Assembly: GCA_050273025.1 (NCBI GenBank)
Contig: CP158636.1
Span: 2,790,001-2,854,000 of the forward strand
Source: Cenococcum geophilum
Taxonomy: Eukaryota
Length of the DNA: 64,000 nt
Direction: 5' to 3'
In this document: positions 13,301-26,557 of the stretch, one piece after another
Position numbering within the stretch: the first letter of the stretch is position 1
How the letters are laid out: each line of letters starts with the position of its first letter
Notes under the pieces: generated by a model
The model's database searches: none
What the model was told of the DNA's origin: nothing
What the model saw: the letters and a program-made list of their open reading frames with translations, nothing else
Made by a program: the position numbers and the translations under genes

Positions 13301-16300
13301 CGAGTCTTTGGATGACTTTATTTATATACTTAGTGTGCTTAGCGCGTGTTTTAGAAAAGATAAGGACGTTATTAAGGTAGGCAGTGCAGTAGTCGTTAAG
13401 GGCGTTATGTAGAATATAGTTAATATAGTTCTGGAACGTAGCGGGTGCGTTATAGAGGCCGAATAGTATAACTAGTATTTTATAGAGTCCGAACCGGGTA
13501 ATAAATACTATAAGCTATTTATAGCCCTCCGCAATCCGGATCCGGTTAAACACAGTAATTATATTAAGTTTAGTAAAGTACTTAGCGCCATAAAGTGCGT
13601 CAAGTATCTCGCGGATTAGTGGTAGTAGGTATTAATTCTTAATAGTGACTATATTTAGGCCTTAGTAGTTATAGTAGATTTATATACCGCTGCTGGGCTT
13701 AGTAGCGAGGAGGAGTAGTACGGTAGCTAGTAAGGTTAATTCGCGGATAAAACCCTTATCCAGTATCTTATTAATCCACTTCTTTACACACCTAAGTTTA
13801 GTAGGTAAGAGTGGTCTATTTTTATAGTATAGGGCCTAGTTTCCGGGGGTAATCTTAATTTTATAGTCCTATAGTTGGTAAGGGGGTAGCTTATCTGCGT
13901 TCTTAGGGAGGAAGTGCTTAATATATTTACTAAACTCCTTTAGTAAGCGTTATAGAATATCTTCGCGGGTTAATTCTGGTTTGCCTTTTAGGAATTTTTT
14001 AATATTAGTATCGACTATCTTCCAACGTAAAAGCTTAGATTTGGTTTTTAGATTTATCTTAAGGAAGTTATAGAAATAGAGGGGGAGCGCTTTACGGGCT
14101 TCCTTTATTATATAGTCGCCTTCCACTAGCCGGCGGAAAGACCTTTCTAATAGGTTCGGTACTTCTATTAGGCCTATAGGCAGCTCTTTAAGCAGCTATT
14201 AGTACTTATCTTATTTAACTAGTTCTACTAGCTCCACTATATAGATCCTTATTACCTTTATATCTTTTTATTTATAGAACTAGGTAAAATTAACAGTATA
14301 GGTGTATTTAATATTGTCCAGGTTAGGGCATATCTAGCTCTCTAGTGCTATAGCTAGGCTAGCACGGCTTAGTCGGCCTAGGGGGGCGGAAATAAGGTGG
14401 CGGCCCTATATAGTACGCGCGGGAGATAGGTATAAGGTTAGGCGTTACGGTAGCGCGGTTTCTATTATCCGGGTCTTAGTAGTTCTATAGCCAGTCCTTA
14501 CTATAATGCAAGCTATAGTGTGCGTATATAGTATATGGCTTAGTTCTAGGTATTAGGCTAGGCGGCTGGGGTTTAAATGGTGCCTAGGTTAGGGTTGGTT
14601 TCTTAGTAGTAGCGGCGTAAAGCGGACCTTCTTCCTTAGTCTCGGTAGGGCTGGCTAGCCTATTATTTTAGTCTTAAGTGCTAGGTTAGTCTAGTCTTCT
14701 ACTATCTTATTTCTTTACAGCTATATAGGCTCCCCTTTATTAGGAACGTCTTCTACTATTAGGGCTTTATATATAGTCCTAGGCACTAGGCTTAGTAGTA
14801 CTAAGTATCCATATAGGGCGTCTCTGCTAACGTCGGCTATCCCCTATAGGAGGTAGTGCCTAAAGTAGTAGTCTAAGTTAAAGCGGATCTTAAGTTTCCT
14901 AAAGCTAGGACAGGGCTTATGCTTCTAAAGCTAGGGCATACCTAAGATAATTAGGGTAGTAGGCGAGAGTTTAGTAATAAAAAAGAGTATAGCTTTAATA
15001 TGGAGGCCGATTAATATTTAGGCGGTAAAGTAGTCCGTAATAAGCGAAGTTGGGATACTATCTGCGAGGCATAGTGGCCTAGGTGCTAGCAGCTTCTTAA
15101 TTATAATGTTATACTTTCTTATAATAGACTCTGCATTAGTAAATGCTATTATAGTACTACCGGAGTCTACTAGGCTTACTATATTAATATAAACTTAGGG
15201 GTATAGGTTATATAATAAGGAGAGTTGGGTTTAAATAAGGATTAATTTCTTATTACTATTTACTAATCTAAGATTAAGTAGCAGTTTATTAATAGAAAGG
15301 ACTAATTAATCTAGTAACAGGGACCTAATCTTCTCGTCTTCCTCCTTATATAGTTTAAACCCTTAGGCGTAACTTAGTCTAAGGGTTTACCTTTTAACGA
15401 CTGGGGTATAGAGCTGTCTTAGTGGGGCGGTCTAGTGTCTATCTAGCTGGCGGTGTCTATCTCTATTTTGGTTAGGGTATAGGAAGATAATACCTCACCA
15501 ACAACGTGGCCGTATTTATATTTGCTAGCGCGAAGTTACTAATACTGGGCGTTATTAACGGGTTAGGCTCCTATATAGGGTATAGTTTAGAGTAACTGAG
15601 CCGTAGGGTTAAAGGGGGGGGGTTATCCGCCGTGGCTATAATAGGCTCCGCGGTCGCTACGTCTATAATAGATTCCATAGTTACCGCGTCCGCGGTTATT
15701 TATTCGCGTTATTTAACGGGGTGGTATTAGGACTGGGTTTACTATCTTAGTGGGGTTATAGGTATCCTTCTAGTGGCCGGGTAGGCTATAGGTAAGGTAT
15801 AGTCTATTATTAACGCGGCGCTTGCGCTCCGTGTTTAAGATTCTATTAAGATCTATAGGTTCTCTAGTTACTACTAGGGTTGGGGTTAACATAGGGGCAG
15901 GGGCTTAGGTAGGTAGGCAGTAGTTAGCGTTCTTCTTAAGGTTAGCTCGGTATATATAGTTTGCGAGGTTCTTAGTAAACACATTTATCTACTTACTTTA
16001 ACCTGTATAGTTACTATTATTAATTTTATAGGCCAGTCTAAGTACCAGCTCTTCCATCTTTAGAGAGATAAACTTTTAGAATAGGTCCACCTTCTATTTA
16101 TCTGTCTTTTCAGCGCAAACTATTAGCTTATTAAGCTCTCCCTTCTAAGACCAGTAATTACGCTCGCCTTAGGGGAAATAGTTAAGCTTATTCTTTGCGA
16201 CCTAGGTTATATTAAGGACCTTATAGTGGGCAGTAAGGTCTTTAAGCATATCTTCCTTAGTAGGCCATTTCTATATAGATATATTGTTTAGGTTCTTATA

Positions 16301-17222
16301 TATAAGCTCTAGGCCCTACTTAATAAACTTATAGGCCTTGTCCTTTAGTATATCTAAGATATAAAGGATCTAGGACTAAACTATATTAAAGTAGTCCCAG
16401 TCCCGGTCGAAGACTCCCTTAATTTTAATATGCCAGGTCTTAAAATTAGCTTATCATTCTAGTAGGGTGCCTTTTCCGCTAAATATTAGCGGGTCTTTAG
16501 ATCTCCGTTTTTTCTGCTAGGTTACTACCGTTATTATAGGGGTTAATTATTTTAGAACGGTAATAGTCTCTGCCTAGGAGTTAATAGTTCCTGTTTAGAA
16601 AGTAATAAGGGCACTAAGGTTTTCGTTAGCTTTCTTATTAGCGGTGTTTATATTATATATGCACTATAGTCCTACTTTAATATTGTTAAGGAACTTATTA
16701 GTATAGTTAACAAGGGTAAGGTAAGCTTTGCTAGGCTTAAAGGTTTTAGGGTATAGTAGGGAGCGGCGGATTATCCACGCGATATTGGGGTATATCTCTG
16801 TAAATAGGTCTATAAAAACGTCGCGGGGGTTCTAGGTTTCGGCCATTTTGGCGTCATTAGTGTTGCCCATTTAGGCGCTAGGTAAAAACTAAGGATTATT
16901 CTAAGACTATACTGGGAACGTGTTAGTTTCAGCAGAGGCGCGCGTAGGTCGCGATTGCTTTGGGGTAGAGGTTAATTGGCTAGGGTATAGGGAATTAGTG
17001 ATCGTAACGGGGCGTAAATTAAAGATACCACAAACTGTTACAGTGCTGCAATAAAGTAGACTAAATAACTACGTTGTGGTATAAAGAGGGGAAGAAGGTG
17101 GAAAGGGGGTATTGTATATAAATAGTAGGGCCGGCCGCCAAGTCGCTAGTGGTGGGCTAGCCAACAGTAGGGAATAGTATAAGATAGTATAAAACAGTAT
17201 GCATCAGGTCAGTGCCGTGACA
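10308..17222 (-). mobile_element. Full-length Gypsy/chromovirus B (6.9 kb, RIP-inactivated) nested in A
   Basis: 187-bp LTRs 10308-10494 and 17036-17222; TSD CTTAC (10303-10307, 17223-17227); PPT next to the left LTR; gag-PR-RT (CTAYLNNVL ~13370)-RH-IN-chromodomain (~10920-11040). Confidence 0.93.
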
Positions 17223-19782
17223 CTTACTTTCCTTTTCCTTAATTATTGAATTAATTTTATATAAGCTAGTAGTAAAGATAATAGTATTAGGTTAAACTAA
17301 ATTCTAATAAGATCCTACGGCGTTAATATAGTAGATATTAACTAGTAGGAGGTCCATAGGTTTCTTTATAAACTTTTATTAGGCTATATTTTATAGTATA
17401 GGGTTTATAATCTTCCTTAGCTTATATTCTATATTCTATAAATTATCCTTCTAGTTTATTAGTTTAGTATAACATCTAGTATTTTTTAGCCTTTATTTAT
17501 AGCTATATAGGGCCTAAGTTTTCTATAAAGGACCTAAATAGGTTATTACTAACTTCCTAGCTTTATAGTATAGGTAGCGTAATATAGGTAGTCTAGAGGC
17601 GGCAGAGTATATAGATCTGTTATAGATTAAGCTATATATTTTTCTTAAAGGCCTAATCCCTATATATAGCATCGGCTTAGTAAATAGTATTAATTTAGGG
17701 CCGTATAAGGTTTTCTATTATAGTACTATTTTTTTTATAAAGGAAGGGGTTAGGGGTAAGGTTTTAGGCTAGGTAAGCCATTTACTCTATATATTAAGCT
17801 ATAAGCCTAAATAAGCTAGCTATTTTTTTAAAAAGATTATATTATAACTTCCGAGGTCTATAATAAGGAAGGGGATATTATATTACCTTTATCTATTAAT
17901 TTAAAGGTAAATCCGTAAGATAGTTATAATAGGTAACCTTATTTATCTATTATACCTATAAATAGGAATTAGTTTAGGTAGTTTTATAAGGGGTATATTT
18001 AAAAAGTTAGCTAGCTTTATAACTTACTAAGCATCTATTAAGGTAAAGGTATTTACTCTAGAGTTAGCTAAAGTAGAGGTTAAGACTTAATATTTATTAT
18101 AGAATAAAGTATAAGAGATAGTATAGCTTTTTTTACTAACTAGCTGACCTAGATTAATATATAATATATTAATCCCTTTTAACTCTAGAGAGAAGTTTTC
18201 CTCTAAGGTTCCTCTTTTTCTAACTCTATACTATCCTTCTAAATTAATAAAACCTTATCCGCATTTACCTTTATTTAGTGGTTCTTAGTAAAGTAGTCCT
18301 TTTAGCTGTATAAAAAGTAAGTACTTTAATTACTAAGTGTAAGGGATATTATTGCGGTTACTTTAGGTTGCCCTTAAGATAACCCCCGGATACCCCTTAG
18401 ATAGTTGCTAGTTTTATACTAGAGGCACATACCTATAGTATATAGTTTTTATAATTTTAGAGGCCTTACCTCCTTAAGGATTTATCTCCTTTATAATTTA
18501 TCTATTTCTATAATCGTACCTTATAGCCCCTATATATTTAAATTCCTCCTACTCTATTTTAAAAGGGCAGCTAACTTAAGGACTAGATTATTTATTTATA
18601 TCTACTATTTCTCTTTTAAAACCTTATAATAACCTAAATAAAAACTTTACGGATACCCTATAGAAAGCCGTCGCGTTAAGGTAAAAAGGTCCCTCTAATA
18701 GTAAGAGATTGCGATAATATAAACCTTTAGGTAAGATGGCTAAATAAGCCCTAATACCTAGATACGCTAAAAGCTTAAAGACTTTTATATACCTATAGTT
18801 ATTAGCAATACTAAGGAAAACATAAATACCCTTTATAATGACTATAATACTACTAAAAAGCAGCTGAAACCCCTCCAGCCCTACTTAGGCTAATTAGAAG
18901 ATTAAGCGTTAGAGGTAACTCTAAAATTTTCCCCTAAGCTAGAAATGCTAGAGAAATATACTAATATATCTAATTAGGGACTTAATTAGAACCCTCTTAG
19001 AAAACTACTAGCCTATAATTAGTATAGTAGTAGTATATAAACTGCTTATAAACTAAGCGGGCCTACTCCTTTAGGTAACTTAACCTAAACACTAACTTAA
19101 AACCTAAGGCTTATTAGGAAACCCGTACTAGTACTAATATTACCTCTATAGTAAAAGCTTCCCTAAGCCTAATTTTAGAAAGTTTAGAGCCTTATACTAA
19201 TCCCCTTTAAAAAGAATATTAGAAAGCTATTATAAGGCTCTTAAAAGCTATATAGGAGGAAGCTATTAATAAATATATAAAAACTCTTTAAAGGTATTTA
19301 GATCTAGTATGGCTAAATCTAGACTAGATAAATTCTTTTATAACTTAGTTAAAGCTAAGGGCTTTTTAGGGGTTACTTAGTACTTACCTAAGGAGGTATA
19401 AAAGACTTAGAGAGGTATTTATATAATGAATTAAAAAAGGATATAGACTAACTATTTAAGGCCTTTAGTAGCCTAGGACTCCGTTATAAACCTAATATCT
19501 AATTGTTGGTATCACCTGGGGGGGTACTGCAATTGCAATATAAGGTAACAGGTTCTTTAATTCATTCGTATCTTTCGCCGAGGATCGTAAGGATCGCGGT
19601 GCCTAAATAGGGGGCTGATTTATCTCGGTCCCAGACGATCAACCAATCATAAGCTGCTTACATAACAGATTAATCATCTTATGTTGTTGTCGTCTGGTAC
19701 ACAGTTCGGAAATTTGTTAGTCCCTCGCGCCGATTTGTATGTAATTCTCATATAAACTCACGCGCCATACTAAATCCTTTAG

Positions 19783-20093
19783 CTATTAATCAATAACGAA
19801 CTAACGCCTTTATAAATAATCGGCCAACGTTATATTCTAGAACTTTATAAGGCGATTCTAATGCTACCAAAATTATTGCGAACGGCCTGGTGGTTATTAC
19901 TACATTTTACCTTAAATAAGCGAATCTCCTCTTTAAAGCTCTGCTTAAAACTCTACTACTATTAATTAATAACAAACTAACGCCTTTATAAATAATCGGC
20001 CAACGTTATATTCTAGAGCTTTATAAGGCGATTCTAACGCTACCAAAATTATTATAAACGGCGTTATGGTTACTACTACATTTTGCCTTAAAT
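19783..20093 (+). repeat. Two ~135-bp direct repeats (19783-19918, ~19958-20093) in the left arm of X
   Basis: ctattaatcaataacgaactaacgcctttataaataatcggccaacg... occurs twice. Confidence 0.8.
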
Positions 20094-20269
20094 ATTACCA
20101 CTAAAATAGTAAATATTTAGCCAGAGCTATTAACCATTACCAATCCTTAACATTTAACCTCCTATATTAATATTTATAGTAGATAAATACCTAAATAGCT
20201 AATATATTGTATTTAGACTAACTCTAGGCCTTATTACCTGCTTTATTGCTCTTCCGCTGCCTGCATAAA

Positions 20270-20752
20270 CGCCTACACGAAAGCCTGCACGAAAGCCTGC
20301 ACGAAGCCTGCACGAAGCCTGCACGACGTCTGCACGAACGCCTGCACGAATACAAACTCTATATAAAGCTCTGCACAAGGCTCTGCACGAGGCTCTGCTT
20401 AAAGCTCCGGTCGAAGCTCCGGTCGAAGCTCTGGTCGAAGCTCCGGTCGAAGCTCCGGTCGAAGCTCTGGTCGAAGCTCCGGTCGAAGCTCTGGTCGAAG
20501 CTCCGGTCGAAGCTCTGGTCGAAGCTCTGGTCGAAGCTCTGGTCGAAGCTCTGGTCGAAGCTCTGGCCAAAGCTCTAGCCGAAGCTCTGGTCGAAGCTCT
20601 GCTCGAAGCTCTGCTCAAAGCTCTATACGAGGCTCTGCTTAAAGCTCTGCACAAAGCTCTGCTCAAAGCTCTATACGAGGCTCTGCTCAAAGCTCTGCAC
20701 AAGGCTCTGCTCGAAGCTCTACTCAAAACCTTATATAGAGCTTTAAAGCTCT
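20270..20752 (+). repeat. 12-bp minisatellite (GAAGCTCTGCAC / GAAGCTCYGGTC variants)
   Basis: Direct reading; produces spurious ORFs 20199..20726 and 20246..20578. Confidence 0.92.
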
Positions 20753-20809
20753 ACTAACACAGCACTAATATACTACGAAGGTTCTATAATTAGCTATATA
20801 ACCACCTAT

Positions 20810-22573
20810 ATAATTATTATTATTAATTCTATTTATTGCCCAATTTAGTCCCCTTTTAGGTCTATATAGGAAAAAGCCCTATAAGGGGAAAATCCTAAGT
20901 ATTTCCTTTTAGCTAGTCCTATTTGTTCCGCCTTTACCTAGCTAGTATATCTTTATATCTTCTAGTCTACCTTATATACTATACTTCCTAGGTATATTAG
21001 AAAATCTAAAAGGAGTAGTAAAAGGGTTTAGAAATTCGCTAGTAAGCCGCCTATAGCTAGGCGGGGGTATTTAGTCCTTAAGGGGCTAGAATAGGGCGTA
21101 TTATTTAGTATCCTCCTATTAGATCTTATATGCTATTTAAAACTACTAAAGAATTCCTTAGCCTATAAGCTATTTTACTATTATTTATAAGCCCCTACTT
21201 ATAGAGAGTATCTAAGTAATATTATTTATACCTACTCTAGTAAGTAGCTAGTCCCTTACTAAGCGGTAGCTATAAAATAGTAGTATATAATATACTAACT
21301 AAATAGGCCACCGGTATATATATTAAGGTAACTAAAAAGTAGTCTATATAGGCCTAATAGGGATCTAAATTAAACGTTAAGTAATAAATAAATATTATTA
21401 TATATTAAGGTAAGATATTTAGAATATAGATATTAGCTATATATTTAGACCTAGGACCTTTATCTATAGTAGAAAAACGGCTATAGATTTTACCCTCGTT
21501 AGTCCTTTATATAAAAAAAGAGTTAGTATTAACTATAGGGTATTGTTTGTATTAACTTAATAATATAAGTAAGTTATATCCAGGGGCACGAAATACGTAT
21601 AGTATCGTATGCTCTTTTGGATGGTGGTGACTTTTTCTTTTAATTGTATATAAATAGGAGGAATTTAAGGGGTTTCCTGAGCTCGCTTAGCTCACGTAAT
21701 TACGTCTATAAATTCTCGTGCGAACTTATATAGACAGGTATTCTATATAGCTACGTCTTATATTTTTACTACCTCCTTCTATTATTACTTCTATTTAAGA
21801 TCTACCTATCTTATAATTAGTATAGTAAATCTCTATCTATATTAGTAACCTCCTATCCTCTATTGCCATTATAGTACTCTACTAGTATAACGCTAGGTCT
21901 TTATCTAATAAGATAATTATTTCCTTATTTCCTTTTCTCTCTATTATTTATAGGTAAAGGGCTTCCTAGCTAGTATATTTAGGCATATTACCTCTTTAAG
22001 GGGCTATCGCTTCTTATATATATCTCGTTCCTTATATACGTTTTAGTATTTAGTATATATTTTCTTCTACTAGGTAGCCTTATACTATAACTACTCTCTA
22101 TATAGTAGTTAAGTTACTATATAAGTCTAGTAGTAGAACTACTACTTCGCGTTTTAATATAGCGCGTAGTATTCTTCTATAGGCCCCTATAGTTCTATAT
22201 AGGCACTAGTTTTATAGCTTAGCTAGTAGCGCTAGTAAGCTTTTTACTAGTACCTTACCGCCTAGTCCTAAGCCCTAGATTTAGGAGCCGTATAGCATTA
22301 TTAGCCTTACTACTACTATATATAGTAGGCGTATATATTTAAAAGAGGGTCCTTATATTAAGGTAGTTATTTATAATACTGCTAAAAGTACTACTCCTCC
22401 CTTATAAGTAGTCTATATAATATACTTATTCTAGTTTAACCTAGAGTCTACCTAAACCCCTAGGACCTTAAGGGTAGCTTCTAGTTTTACTTTATAGCCT
22501 TAGATATTTACTATTAAGACTAGGTTACTACTTACCCTTCTTTTCCTTATAAAGTAGATAAGCTAGTAATTAT
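20810..22573 (-). mobile_element. Tad1-like LINE 3' portion (copy L1) with AAT-type tail at ~20810
   Basis: Reverse complement of ~25160-26548; post-RT region, C-terminal Cys/His domain remnant, 3'UTR with AATAAA. Confidence 0.8.
21544..21736. mobile_element. 193-bp solo LTR inserted in LINE copy L1
   Basis: TG..CA ends; TSD GGTAT at 21539-21543 and 21737-21741; the empty site aactatagggtattctata is present in copy L4 (~27130). Confidence 0.88.
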
Positions 22574-25016
22574 CTTAGACTATATACCTGTACGGATAAC
22601 GCTTAATGTTACTATACTAGCGTAACAAACCTGCTAAAGATACGTTACTAAGAAATTTAACTTAAAAAAGTATACCTAGGAAGTTACTAATAGGCTAGTA
22701 GCTATACCTTAGGTATTACTAGAGAATATCTAAAGGATTATAAGTAACTACTTAAAAGAATACTACCTAAAGGCCTAGCCTAGAAAATACGCCTACCGTA
22801 AATAGTTACTGGAAACGGCCTAACTACTTATAGGCGTAAAAAGGGTAAGGTAATAGTATAGCGTAATAAATAAAGCCTACTACTAATAGAGCCATAAGGC
22901 CCTAAAGAATAGGCCTAAGAAGATAATATAAAAGGAGGGTAGAAATAGCTAGCGCTAATTTCTAAAAGAAATTACCTTAGACCCTACTAAACTATATAAT
23001 AAGGGACTCTAGTATATATTAAAGTAAAATAGGCGAGCTGCTAAAGAGACGCTAGGGGACTTTTACCTATTTATACTTTACTAGATAGAATAGGACTAGT
23101 ATATAAATAATAATAAGGAAAATATTAAAATATTAGTAGAGGTTCTTTTTAGGCGCGGGCTAAACAGACCTATAGAATATTAGTAGCTAATTCTACCCCT
23201 TACCTATTAATATAAGTTATATAATATTAGTAAAAGAAATAAAGGACACTATATAAAAGCTCCCTACTAGTAAAGCGTTAAGGCTAAATAAGGCAATTAA
23301 AGCTATAGTAATACTATTCGCTAACGTCGTAACTACCTACCTTTAGAGAGGCAAACTACCTAAATACTTTAAAGTAATAACTATAGTCGTCTTATAAAAG
23401 GTATAAAAAAAGACTACTCTATTTTAGAAAACTACTAACCCTAAAAAGGCTCTTAAAAAAGATAGTTATAAAACGTATATAAGAAGCGGCAGAAGTATAA
23501 AAGCTACTACCGTAGATATAAATAGGCTTAAGAAAGAAAAGATTAACCCTTTTAGCCCTCTTCCTAATTACCTCTAGTATCTAAGCGGTATAGTAAGCTT
23601 ACCTAGGATATATTATATCTATACTAAGCCTAGACCTAAGCGGAATATTTAATAATATATTATATAAGAGACTTCTATAAATCCTAAGAAATAAAGGCCT
23701 ACTAAACTAGATAATTAAGTTTATCTAAGCCTTTCTAATAGGGTGTACTATAAAAATTATAATTAAGGGCTATAAAAGCGAATTAATACTAATACCTATA
23801 GGTATTATATAGGGATTACACCTATTTCTAATTCTAATTCTTTTCTTTATATCTAAACTACTAGAGATATATAATAATAGCTAGAATAATAGCTATATAG
23901 AATTATAGGAGCCTATAAAAGACACTATATGCCGTAATAGAACGTAAAGTAGTAGTACTGCTACTAGACGTATATATAGAAGCAACTGCTATATAGAGGG
24001 CATCCATAGTATAAGGCCACCTAGTAGAGAAGGAGATATACTAGATAATAGAGCGTATATAAGAAGCAAGGGCCCTATAAAGAGGTATCACGCCTAAGCT
24101 TATAAGTTAAAAAGCCCTCTATTTATAAGTGGTAGAGAAAGAATAGGAAATATAAGAGCTACTATAATACTTAACGCCACGCTAGTAGAGCATTATAATA
24201 ATAATAATAGAGGATATGGGGCCACTAGTATAAGTAGAGATCTACTATATACATCGCAAGATAGGTAGATATTAAGTAGAAACGATGCTAAAAGAAAGCA
24301 GTAAAAGCATAGAGAGGAACTACGTGGAGCACCCTATAAATAATATTAACTTTCTCCCTATATAAAGGACAGATAAAGGCAGAATTTATAACTGCCTTTC
24401 TATTATAGATAGAGGTCTTAGAACTAAACGTATATCTAGTAAGCATCTATATCCTAAATACTATACTATACTATACTATACCATACGTATAAATAGCCTA
24501 TATAGTTAGTACGCTATATAATACTCTTCTATAACTACTATATAGTAAAAGACTAGCTATTTACTAGGGCGGGCATAAATAATATTACCTAAATACTATT
24601 TATAAGTAGGGGCCTATATAAAACAGTATAATAGTTTATAGGTTAGGAAGTCCTCTAGTAGTTTTAGATAGCGTATAAGATCTAATAGGAGGACATAGGG
24701 GAATACGCCCCTTTTTAGCCCCTTAGGGACTAAACAACCCTACTAAGCTAAAGGCGGCTTATAGGCGACTTACTATACCCTTCCACTACCCCCTAGACCT
24801 TCTAAAATACCTTAGAAGTATAGTATAAAAGGTAAATATATTATAAAGGTAAATAGGCTAGGCGTAGGCGGAGCGCGTAAGACTAGCTAAAAGGATACAC
24901 TTAGGTTTTTCCCTTATTAGGGATTTTTCCTATAAATAGAAGGTAGAAGCCTATATAGACCTAGTAAAGGGACTAAATCGGGCAATAAATAGAATAAATA
25001 AATAATAATAATAATA
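22574..25016 (+). mobile_element. Tad1-like LINE ORF2 relic (copy L2) with internal deletions and 3' tail
   Basis: After reversing RIP changes: APE-end SDHIPVR (~22575), RT motifs ..KKDYS.LGNYRP (~23410) and GI.QGS.LSPIL (~23810), C-terminal LRTEVLGLN.YL region; ends aataaatagaataaata(aat)n. Confidence 0.8.
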
Positions 25017-25017
25017 G

Positions 25018-26548
25018 CTAGGATATAATAGTTCTAGAATTTATAGATAATATAAACTTAATTATATAGGGAAATATAGTAGTAGAAAACTATACTAGGC
25101 TAAACTAGGCATATAATAGGTACATTATATAGGCAAAACAATATAGCGCTAAATTTGTATTAGATAATTACTAGCTTATCTACTTTATAAGGGAAAAAAG
25201 GGTAAGTAGCGACCTAGCCTTAATAGTAAATATCTAGAGCTGCGAAGTAAAACTAGAAGCTACCCTTAAGGGTTTAGATAAACTCTAGGTTAAACTAAAA
25301 CAAGTATATTATATAGGCGACTTATAGAGAAGTAGTAGTATTTTTGGTAGTATTATAAATTACTACCTTAATATAAGGACCCTCTTTTAAATATATACGC
25401 CTACTATATATAGTAGTAGTAAGGCTAATAATGCTATACGGCTCCTAAATCTAGGGCTTAGGACTAGGCGGTAAGGTACTAGTAAAAAGCTTACTAGCGC
25501 TACTAGCTAAGCTATAAAACTAGTGCCTATATAGAACTATAGGGGCCTATAGAAGAATACTACGCGCTATATTAAAACGCGAAGTAGTAGTTCTACTACT
25601 AGACTTATATAGTAACTTAACTACTATATAGAGAGTAGTTATAGTATAAGGCTACCTAGTAGAAGAAAATATATACTAAATACTAAAATATATATAAGGA
25701 ATAAGATATATATATAAGAAGCGATAGCTCCTTAAAGAGGTAATACGCCTAAATATACTAGCTAGGAAGCCTACTACCTATAAGTAGTAAAGAGAGAAAA
25801 GGAAATATAGAAACTATTAGCTTACTAGGCAGAGACCTAACGCTATACTATTAGAGCGCTATAATGGTAATAGAGGATAAAAGGTTACTAATATAGATAG
25901 AAATCTACTACACTAATTATAATATAGGTAGATCTTAAATAGAAGCGATAATAGAAGGAGGTAGCAAAAATATAAGACGCAGCTATAAAGAACACCCTAT
26001 AGTTAATACTAATAAAGGTAAAATCTATAGTTGCCTTTCTACTATAAATAGAGGTTTTAGGCCTAAATATATAGCTAGTAAGCATCTATATTTTAAATAC
26101 CTTACCTTAATATATATACGGGTGGCCTATTTAGTTAGTACGCTATATATTACTATTCTACAGTTACCGCTTAGTAAGGTACTAGCTATTTACTAGTATA
26201 GGCATAAACAATATTACCTAAGTACTCTCTATAAGTAGAGGCCTATAGGTAGTAATAAGATAGCTTATAAGCTAAGAAGTTCTTTAATAGTTCTAAATAG
26301 TATATAAGATCTAATAGGAGGATACTAAAGGGTACTCCATTTTCTAGCCCCTTAAAGACTAAATATCCCTACCTAGCTGTAGGTAGTATGCTAGCGAATT
26401 ACTAGATACTTCTACTACCCCCCCTTCTAAATCTTCTAATATACCTAAAAAATATAGTATATAAGGTAGACCTAAAGATATATTAGTTTAGTAAAGGTAG
26501 AATATATAAAACTAGCTAAAAGGAAATACTTAGGGTTTTCCCTTTATA
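25018..26548 (+). mobile_element. Tad1-like LINE 3' half (copy L3), left arm of palindrome
   Basis: RT catalytic region FIDN (RIP-altered FVDD) at ~25040, then a AW..RYGAKF..D.YQL-like thumb region. Confidence 0.8.
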
Positions 26549-26557
26549 GGAAAAGGC

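Larger units (their letters stand above)
6775..18337 (-). mobile_element. Gypsy/chromovirus A (RIP-inactivated): 3' LTR 6775-7000, pol 7001-10307 and 17228-18337; interrupted by B and cut by D
   Basis: TGTTAG..GTAATA LTR with adjacent PPT (ttacccccccctcc, 7001-7014). Chromodomain ~7350-7490 (EILA..L..GTLKYRVS.KGY), integrase, RNase H, RT YLNN (~9690), protease and gag zinc knuckle near 18300. Confidence 0.85.

Noticed and set aside
18526..18540. Self-priming PBS for Gypsy D (gcccctata vs tagaggc in the LTR)
   Set aside because: Complementarity is too short and RIP-degraded to support.
20199..20726. ORFs over the 12-mer arrays (also 27738..28176 and 46553..47035)
   Set aside because: Stop-free by-products of a repeat unit divisible by 3; non-ATG starts and no domain content.
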